Assembly: GCF_000181795.1 (NCBI RefSeq)
Contig: NW_003526943.1
Coordinates: 4,119,228 to 4,183,227, forward strand
Length of the DNA stretch: 64,000 nt
From: Trichinella spiralis
Taxonomy: Eukaryota
Direction of reading: 5' to 3'
Shown: positions 54,334-64,000 of the stretch, one piece after another
Position numbering within the stretch: position 1 is the first letter of the stretch
How the letters are laid out: every line of letters begins with the position of its first letter
Made by a program: the position numbers and the translations under genes
The notes under the pieces: model-generated
Databases searched by the model: none
Told to the model about the DNA's origin: nothing
Seen by the model: the letters and a program-made list of their open reading frames with translations, nothing else

Positions 54334-56219
54334 TTATTGTATTAGAAGTTTCCAAGACGATTTCGACATTGCCGTCTGTGCTGTCCAGCTGTTCATATGA
54401 TGTAATATTACGTCAGCGTTGCGTATTGGTTTGCGTTTCCCTGAAGTATAATAAAAACAGATGCTTCGAGACTGTTGTTGTGTTGTTAAATTAATGAAAG
54501 TTGTTGAAGATGAAAATTACTTCTTCGAAAATTTATCAATTACACTGACAGAACCAGAACAACTACATCGTTATGGAATTTCATCACTAATTAAGAAATA
54601 CTGCTAATGTTGATTGTTCTAAGTTATTTTAAAATAGAATAAAGTCAAAGTAACCTACTGACTTCATTGAAATATCGAAAACTTTGGTTTGAATTTATAA
54701 TATATACCAAGAACCATAAAAAATATGTAGAAAAAAAGTAAATCATGTATACTTATGGAAGACAAATATTTCGATGTTAATTGAAAGGAGGGATGAATTA
54801 AGTTATTGTGAAATAATGCTACATTTCTGGGCTTCGTATTCATCATTAACAGAACAAGAGCCCATTTATTCATCTATAGGCAATTCTGAAAAAATGGTTT
54901 AGTAAACTGAAATTCAAGGGCAAAAATCCGATTTTAAAGGAACAAAAACAAAACTTACTACGTTGTTTAGATCATATTAGTTGATACTGTTACGTGTTCA
55001 GATCGGAAAACTGTAGCCACGTTTTTCCTTCTTAGCAAAGTAAACAACAACACTGTGCTGTTTTAACGTCGTGCTATGAAATTCTCAGACAGCCACAAAT
55101 TAACATATCTGGTTTAGCAGTTGATCACCTTGTTCGCATATATTATTCATTTAAACAGTCAATAATTCATATGTAAATAACTTTCGTGATGAACAGATGA
55201 CAAATTAAAAAAATATATTAGCAGTGAAAGAAATTGAATAACGAACGCTCGAGGCAAAAACTGAAAATATGTTATACTTAAAATAATAAATACTTGCATT
55301 ATTAATACATTATTCATTCGACTGAATGTTAAATCTGTAAATCTGCCAAATTGTTAATTTACATAAATTTTGTCAATAATCACTGTTTCAAAGATTTGGG
55401 TAAAAGTTACAGTACAACGATATGAAGGTAAAAATTATTTAGAATGCAAAGATATTCAAGCTGGGTTTTAAATTTTTCTCCAATTAAAAGATATTCTGCA
55501 ATCAATTTTCAATTCAGCTCATCTAAGATGATACTCTAAAGTTCAGCCTAATGTTTTATAAGTTTATTGTTTCGTTTCTATAAAAGTTAATTGTTGAAAC
55601 AAATATTACATTGTTAATTGATAACACTGAAATGTATTATGTTTCATTGAAATTTATTTTATTTTTGCTACACTAGAAGTTTAAATATTTTTGTTATGTT
55701 ACCGTACTTTTAAAATTAACCTTAATTTTCTGTAAAACAGTTGAATGTTTTTTCTGAATATTTTGATTCATACATTTATCCAAAACATTTGAATTATGCA
55801 TATAATACATTTCAGCTATGTTAAACAACCAAATATACGTTAAAAAATGCAGTTGATGTGTGCTGTTTTATCGTTAAATTATTGTACATTTTTTTGTCAA
55901 GTTCTTTTGTCTGATTTTCATTTTCTAAATTGTTTTTTTAATTTAACTTTTTAAATGTTTTTTTAATGTAAAATAGCGGTTAAAATATGGAAACGTAGCG
56001 AGTGAATTGTAGGAATTTAATTTTCACACTTGACATGTGTAAATTTGTCTCTCAGAAATTGTAAAAATCAAGAAACTTAGGTTAATGCAATCACTGCATT
56101 GAGGATTGAATAGAGTGAAAATTTTTATCTTAGAATATTAAATAACAGTTCAAGTGTATCGTTTATTATCATAATGTGCCACAGCGTTTTTAAGCTGTTG
56201 TTGAAAACTGCACTGTGAA

Positions 56220-57762
56220 ATGGTGTATTTTCTTTTGTCGAAAATATTTCAACCGATCGTTTCACGACCATGGAAATCTATATCAGCCGTTGAAATGATT
56301 AGCAAAAGTCAACGGCTTATGCTTGATAATGGTCTGATTGAATACGTCGGCGGGAAGGGTTTGTTCCATTATTTGCCGGTCGGTTTGAGAGCTTTGGAAA
56401 AGCTGTGCATCATCATTCGACATGAAATGGATCTTCTTGGAGCCGGTCGTATGGCTTTGTCGAATCTATGCGAGCGCAGCGTTTGGGAACAGACTGGTCG
56501 ATGGGAAGAAGTTTCTGCTGAACTTCTTCGGTTGAAAGGTTTTTTCCATCGATTAATATTATAAAGTTAGGTTTGGCACTTTTTAGATAGAAAAGGAAAA
56601 GAGTATTGTCTTTGTCCAACCCACGAAGAATCAGTTACCAGCTTGATCAGCAGATTTTCTCCGATCACAAGCAGTCGGCTTCCTCTGCTACTTTACCAAA
56701 TTACTTTAAAATACCGTGATGAACCAAATCCAAGATTTGGACTTGCTCGTGCAAGGGAATTTTTCATGAAAGATATGTACAGCTTCGACTTGGACACCAA
56801 ATCCGCTATGAAAACATACGACGCTGTAAATAAAGCATACTTTAGCATTTTTCAAACTCTCGGCATCAAAGTGCACCGTGTTGAAGCGGCTGTTGGAAGC
56901 ATAGGGGGAAATTTGAGTCATGAATTTCATTGTGAAAGTCAGTATGGCGAAGATTACATCCTGATGTGCGAAAAATGCCAGAAAAAATTCACGGAAGAGG
57001 TACTTGTTAATTCGACTACTTGTCCAGTTTGCAATGAGCCGTTTCAAAAAGTTCGTTCATTGGAGCTTGCGCACACATTTTTCTTAGGTAATAAACATTT
57101 CGTGAATTTCATATTGGAAAATAATTATTAAAGTTTATGCTATGAAGAGCGCAAAGTTGAAGTTTCTTAAATTAGCCTCTGATTGATTGTTTGATAAAAA
57201 ATAGAATTTTGGTAAAGATATTTTTGATAAATTGAAATGACAAATGAAATTGAATAATGTGCAGTAGTGTTTTCGATGTTTTTAAGGTGAAAAATACTCT
57301 CAAGCATTAGGTGCTACCGTAACCTGCAATCCCGGAAGTCCAATACCACTGCAGATGGGTTGTTTTGGAATAGGCATCTCCCGGCTGTTGGCAGCGATTG
57401 TTGACTACTTTTCTAGTGATGAAGAAATTCGTTGGCCACTTTGTATAGCACCTTATAAAGTTTGTGTCATTCCTCCGAAAAATGGCAGTCGAGAATATCC
57501 GGCTACTCCTATGGCTTTGCATCTGGCCGAGCAACTGTCCTCTTTAGCTAATTTCAATGAGGAAATTGTTTATGACGACAGAACACATCAGACTGTCGGT
57601 ACACGACTGCGCGATGCTAAACGTAGAGGATATCCGTATGTGATCGTAGCCAACAAAACAGTATTCAACAAATCTTCGCCGAAGTTTGAATTACATTGCA
57701 CTGCTACTGATGAAGTTCTCGAAGTGACACATGCAGAATTGTTCCAACGTATTCGAGAAAGC

Positions 57763-57768
<6 letters not shown>
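56220..57768 (+). CDS. PARS2: Mitochondrial prolyl-tRNA synthetase, 3 exons
   Basis: Exons 56220-56538, 56587-57088, 57287-57768. SKSQRLML..GLI, YCLCPTHEE, LPLLLYQITLKYRDEPNPRFGLARAREFFMKDMYSFD, GSIGGNLSHEF, MGCFGIGISRL, anticodon-binding domain YDDR...G.RL..A...GYP. No large editing insertion. Confidence 0.93.

Positions 57769-57796
<28 letters not shown>
57766..57796. repeat. (TAA)n microsatellite beginning at the PARS2 stop codon
   Basis: About 10 TAA units. Confidence 0.95.
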
Positions 57797-57797
<1 letters not shown>

Positions 57798-60700
57798 TTG
57801 ATTTTGTTGTTTTCTTTCTCTAATAAAACAATCATTGAAATAAATGGCAAGAAATCAATTTTTCAATTGAAGAAAGCCAAAAGGCAGTTGAAAAATATGC
57901 TTGTTTTTTGATATACGTGCACATGGCTTAGCCATGTGTGGAGTGGAACGATTTTTTTGCCAGTAAAGCGTAGATTCACTTTCACAGAGAAGACATAAAG
58001 ATTTTGAGAAATTCAAAACTTTAATTATTTAATAAATTTTTGGCAAAAGAATTCAAAAAGAAGAGAAAACATATGAAATGAGCAAAATTCAATGATTTAT
58101 AAGAAATGTCATCGTCATCATTATCACTATAACCCGCAAAGTTTTAATTGACTGACTAACAAAAAATAAAAATAATTTCACTTTCAAATGGCATTAATTT
58201 TTGTCACGCATTATGTATATCTTTTTATTTTTATGAAGAACAAATTATAGTCATCAGAATTGTTCGTATCAATGCTTAATCAAAAATTATTATTTTTCTA
58301 ACAACAACAACGACAACAAGAAGCCTTTTACCATATTTTTTTGATCAGCGTGTAAGGCTTGATTTTATTCAATAAAATCTATTCCGCGTGAAAGATTTCA
58401 TTTAGATAAAATTATTTTTTCTGTAAAATCAATTTTCTGTTATATTCATGCCTTTTGTAAGTGAATGTTCAATTCAAAAGATTGAAAAGAAAAAGTCAAA
58501 TTTCCAATATTCAAAGTCAACAATTAAACCAACAAATTACACACTTTTGAGTTTATTAAAATACTTCCTTGGAAAAAATGTGTAATTTCTGAAATTATAT
58601 TAATTGCAAATTTTTAATGAAAAATAATTCAATTAATAATAAAATATCAATTGCATTCAATTTATTAATCATACTCATTGTCAATAGATGAATATCACAT
58701 CAATAATGCAATTTCCAGATCACGCGCTTTTACAGTGTGATAAATCGCATGAATAGATGAGACTAATTTGCATAATAATAAATAGACTGCTGATGGAATT
58801 CATTCTGTGGAAGATATCAATTTTGAATCCAGGCAAACAATCGGTTCAACCAGTGGTTTATATAATTCATCACGAAATGGGCAGTTTGTCATGAAGTCAA
58901 ATTTATCATTTTTCCATCTCGAATCTGAATATGACAATGGTAAATCTTCGAAATCATTGAACGATGAAGATTTATTGGATGAAAAAAATAAAAGTAATAA
59001 ATAATTATCCGTACGATGAAAATGCAAATGGACAAGCAGTCATAGAAAATGTTGGTCAGCATGCTCCATCGCCGCTGACGGATTGTTGACAATAATTTTT
59101 TGATATTAAAAATAATTTTCAAATATTTTAATTTAAAAAAGAAAAATTTTTTAAGCATGATAATTTCAACTTTTTTAAAAAATGAATAAAATGATATTGC
59201 ATATACTTGATTTTTGTAAATGCGAGAAAGGTTCTACCAAAGCAATGAATACTGCAATAAAAGGTTATCATTGTTTCATGTTTTGAAAATTTTATATTTT
59301 TAAAAATAAATTTCAGCATTTTTATGCTGAATTTGAATTATCACAAAAGAATAAATAAATAAGTGTATTCTTATTCATAGAGATTATTTTTCTTATTTCA
59401 ATTTGGTAATTGCAGTTTTAATTAGGCTGAGTAAACTGCTTTTCTTATCAAGATAAATTCCAACAATTTTGCTATTCTGATCAGTGTTTTAATTGATAAA
59501 ATTCATGTCCAACGTTTGAAATTTTTTATTTTTTTATTAATAAAATGAAAATTCTTTTGAAAAGCAATTATCCAAAAGCGTATATGCATATTTATACATA
59601 TATTCATTTAAGTCAAATCAAATTTAATGATAAAAAATTTTCTTGATTTGCAATGAGATGTTTTTTTCTAATTCTCATAATTAATGAATTTTAATAGCTT
59701 GTGTAAATTCAGTTTCAGCACGCCTCAATGAATTTGATATTTAAAACGAAATTCTGATAAATTAGCATATTTTTTATTGTTAATCGTCTTGAATACAATA
59801 TTTATTTCTTCTGAATGAATGAAAAGTTTCTGCTTTAGTTTTATTAATAGCGAGCTTAAATTAGCTTGAGTAATTTTATTATGTTTACTTGTCATTTATG
59901 CATTATTCATTTTCATAGCAAATTGATCTAATGAGCAAAACTGACCTAAGTTACTTTCAGTGAAACATTATTATAAATTGATAAATAATTATGTCCTTAT
60001 TAGATACTTGGAATAAATTCACGGTTGCATCTTTCTTATTTTAATAAAGCCTCTCTACAATGAATTGACTGTAAGCGAGCACATTTATAAATAGGCTATT
60101 CATTACTTATAGCCTGCGTCATTTTTGAACCAATAGAAGTTATATAACAATTCGATATATGGCAATAATCGAAGAAAGTATTATTGAATGAAGATTTTCA
60201 CACAACTGCTTATTCATCTGAAAAGTATAAAAGTACTCAAAGTGGATTGTTTAAAGTTGATAAATCAACAGAAGAAACATTCATATCAAGATAGTGAGAG
60301 CTATTTAATCTGTAAAAATTAATGATTCATAATTATGGCAATGCAACAGAGGATTAAATAAGAAATACAGAGGTTTAGAATAATGGCATGCTACAAAATA
60401 ATAAATAGATTTTCTATAAATGCACTTTTTCATGAATTCTTAAGAAAAAATTTTCTTGATGCAATATTTTGTTGCAAAGTTTTTCAAAGTTATTTTTATG
60501 ATTCGACTAATAAATTAAGTGCTCATTGGGCATTGAATAAATTTTTTGACACATCATTGCTTTTCTTTTTTATATTAACTAAATCATATTATTACAGCAA
60601 GATGATCAGCTAATCACGGATTGACCTGTTAATAAAAAGAGTGTTAATTGCAGAGGAATACTTTCAGAAAATTTTAATATGAAGATGATTTAAAAATGCA

Positions 60701-61549
60701 TGAATAAATCTCTTAATTTAAATGAATACAAAAGTTATGCTCTGAATGAAAAAATGATTTTATAATTTCATATTTTCTGAACTTAACCTACATGCAAACA
60801 AAAGTGCATATTTTATTAATCTGTGACAAGTGTTTTCAAAACATTAAGTAAGTATTCAGCGTCGTATATCACGAAAACTTGTTTCAACATGGAAATAATA
60901 CTAAAAGTTTGATTAAGAAAAAAGCTCAGTTGAAGTCTAATTTTTTCTTATTAACTGCGCATTACATTGTTTACATGCAGTACATTATGAAAATTTCTGC
61001 ATGCACATATGAAAGAAGTTGATTTAATTATCATAACATAGAAATAGTTTATTTTATACGTTACATGCAGAATGAAATTATTTTGTTTACAAATTAGACA
61101 TTATTGTTATATAAATATTTACATTATTGATACAAATATGGATATATATGTCATAAGCTTAAGCAGCGCAGTTAATGAAATTCTTGATCTATATATGATG
61201 AATCAGAACGGATTATAAACATTTTGCAAAAAAATGCAAAAGAAGCTATTGGCAAAATTATGATTTTATTTTTGTTTTTCTAATTAAAAACAGAATTCAG
61301 TTTGCTTCAGATAAAAAGATATATTTTTCAAATATTAAAAAATTGTGCAAGAATATTTTTTGTTGTGAATCAAACTATTTTATTGTTCGAAAATGAATAA
61401 ATTTGTATAAAAGTTGGAAAAAAGAAATTTCTTCAAATCATCTCAGAGATCGAATTCAAACTGCAGAAAACGGTAATAAAGAAAGTATAGTGGAATGATT
61501 GTGTTTGTTACAGTAAAAAATGAGAAAGAATTATCAAATAATGGTCCTG

Positions 61550-61973
61550 TTAATACGCAGGTTCAGGGAACCCAGCGTTCCAGGTGGGCCGAATGAGACC
61601 GGCTCTTTTGCCAAAAGCCATGCCAGCCAGCGGGTCAAAATACTGCCCGGATATTGCCGAAGGGCCGGCACGTTTGCCCAATGCCATGCCTCCCAATGGA
61701 TCGAAATAGAGTTGCGTTGGCAAACGTTTTTCGAAAGTACGATCGCTTAATGATTTTGTCTAAAATTAATAAATAATAATAATAATAATGTAAATAAATA
61801 AAAGCAGGAGGGAAGGAGGGAGGGAGGGAATGAATAAATAAATAAAAAACAGCTATTATTACATCGCTTGGAATATTGTAAATGAATCGAGCCGTTGTCA
61901 AAGTGGATATTAGCTGCGTGCTGATCATCAGCCAAAATAGCAGCAGTCCATTCAGCGTTGCCTTCAAGACCAT
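61550..61973 (-). CDS. Neuropeptide-like precursor, NLP-5/buccalin-type, 106 aa, 2 coding exons
   Basis: Exon 61973-61863 (MVLKATLNGLLLFWLMISTQLISTLTTARFIYNIPSD, signal peptide) spliced GT-AG in phase 0 to 61759-61550 (TKSLSDRTFE KR LPTQLYFDPLGGMALG KR AGPSAISGQYFDPLAGMAFG KR AGLIRPTWNAGFPEPAY*). Probable 5'-UTR intron 61981-62104. Confidence 0.9.
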
Positions 61974-64000
61974 GGTGTGTCTGTTTTTTTTGAAACTTAA
62001 AAAACAACAATAAGCAAAGGGATGAAGTGTATGTATGCGGAATAAAATTGCAGTATTTTTCTTATTTTTGAATATCAGATTATTTATTATCCGAGCATAC
62101 TTACTTGATTGCAGAAAATGAACGACTGTGCACAGAGAGGTGGCTTCGAGGGGTAGACGCGCGTTGGGTGGAAAGCGTTTATATTGTCGACAGTAGGTGG
62201 AAGAAAATGACGACGTCAATGGTGCGATGAAAGCTGAAAGCTGCCATGTGAAAAGATCAATCCCGTCTGTTAGTGGTGAAACCACCTGGTGGCGGATCTT
62301 TGCCAATTCTGGCTCAACAGTTGGCTCATCTGGCAGAAATTGATCACACCGCTCGAAGCTTGTCGTCCATTTCTGTCAAGCTGTAAATTCAATTTCAACA
62401 AATTTCGCCAAGCTTCCAACGTCCGCTTCAATTCAACGTGCGATTCCCAATTATGATGAACCATTTGAATAATCAGCCGGGCGGATCATTACGCACCACG
62501 CTTCGTCGTCGGCAGCAATGGAAAATTGTCAATCGTCCGCCACATCTGTCCTTACCACTAACTATCCCACTCCAACATGTAATCTCTATACTAGAACAAT
62601 TAAAATGACAACCCTCTGAAGAGGGAATTCTGTTCAAAAAGAAAAACTGTTTTATTTTAATGTTTCAATTTATTGTAAATTGTCATTTGAAATTTGGAGG
62701 AAAAAGTTTTGTCTCAATTAGCATCCGCTATCAAGCTCAATGATGCTAACAACAATTTATTACATTCAACGGCATTAAAAACAACATGAAAGACAAATTA
62801 ATTCTGTTCAAGCTTAATTAAAAGCAGCCCACGTTGAAAATTGTCTCTAAATCACACTAATGAATGTTCCAGTGGAGTTTTTGATGAATCAATTATTCAT
62901 TTATAAAATGTATAATTTAAAATTGTGAAAATGCAGTTTTATTCATTTTTGCAAAAATAATCCCATTTTTTTGCCATTTGCCCATTTATTAATATGATCT
63001 TATTTTTTGCATATTTTTAAGCATGGCAAAGCAAATTTCTTTTTGAATTTTTCAAAACTTTAAATCTAACATATAAATTGCGTTCTTTCATGTTTATGCT
63101 CGTTTTAAATAGTTGAGTTATCATTCTTTGAAAAACTTTAATTAAAAAATTGATATATTCCATCAACTATTAATACGATTATAATCTGTTCAATAAAGCA
63201 TGTTCGAAAATACTTTTTTTATTATGTTGGCATTAAAAAAAGGATGTCAAACCTTTTTTAATAAATTAATTTTTTTCATTCCTATTGCAATTTAAAATCA
63301 AAATTGAAAATTGTAAATACGATCGTAAAACACAATGCGCAATGAATTACAACTTTTATTTCAAAAAATAAAAACATCTGTAGAGTGTTTTCAGAAACAA
63401 GAACCAATAACTTTTTTGCAGTGCTAAATTATGCATAAAATTTAATAAATTATTTATTCATTTGTCAATTTATTTTCAAGTGTATCTGAACAGTTTTACT
63501 TCTTATCGCTGGCATTAGTAGAGGATTAGAGTCTCTCTGCATTAGAGGAATCTAAAACCGCATTTGAAATGCATATTTTGAACAAATTTAAAATAGTTTC
63601 ACATTTTTTATTTGTTTTATTAAATTAATTGATTTACATTATTTCAAACGTCAATTAAATTATACAAAATAAATTTACAAATTTTATTTTTGCGATGCTT
63701 CACAAAATTTTGCAATTGTTTTATAACAAAGGTGAAAAAATACTATTGAAAATTTTATATTTAATAAATTCAATAATAAAATTTTCTAATAACTGTGCAT
63801 ACAATAAAATATTTCGAATTACTTTCGCATAGCTTTGATCTCTCATATTTTAACAGATATTATGCACCAGCATTGTGTTAACTTGCTTTTTGCAAAATTA
63901 TTAAATATTGTAATTTTTTATAAATCGTTCTTTACAGTATGCATTATGAAATGGCTATGCAGTGAACAAAACAAAATTTAACAAAAAATTATCATTTTAT

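Noticed and set aside
16420..55420. TACWGTA heptamer seen near several gene starts
   Set aside because: Overall frequency seems close to that expected from base composition; also found in exons and TE remnants.
14400..57768. U12-type (GTATCCTT/ATATCCTT) or GC-AG introns
   Set aside because: All donors I resolved were ordinary GT; ATATCCTC at ~19331 is exonic. Not every intron was checked.
61635..62306. 223-aa minus-strand ORF
   Set aside because: Reads through introns and enters exon 2 of the neuropeptide gene in the wrong frame.

Overview
Eukaryotic, very AT-rich genomic DNA with compact genes split by short GT-AG introns. It is most consistent with a clade I nematode such as Trichinella (inferred from gene architecture, an NLP-5-type neuropeptide and a MULE fragment of a type I recognise from Trichinella). 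The first ~12 kb is gene-poor and holds a clean solo LTR. A gene-dense block follows: an intronless GC-rich gene of a mainly fungal RAI1/DXO-like family with degenerate catalytic motifs, aspartylglucosaminidase, Spc25, a divergent Rpn13/ADRM1 Pru-domain gene apparently lacking DEUBAD, SF3B2, Nup133, a two-pore K+ channel, SUMO and SLX1. After an assembly gap lies a transposon graveyard: a MULE fragment and a piggyBac remnant interrupted by a Gypsy gag, which is itself interrupted by a TSD-flanked LTR-like insert with CG...CG ends. Cbl, CNOT3, mitochondrial ProRS and a two-exon neuropeptide precursor (amidated FDPLxGMAL/F peptides, not assembled by the ORF track) complete the window. Gene models were spliced by hand and homologies come from recalled motifs, not database searches.
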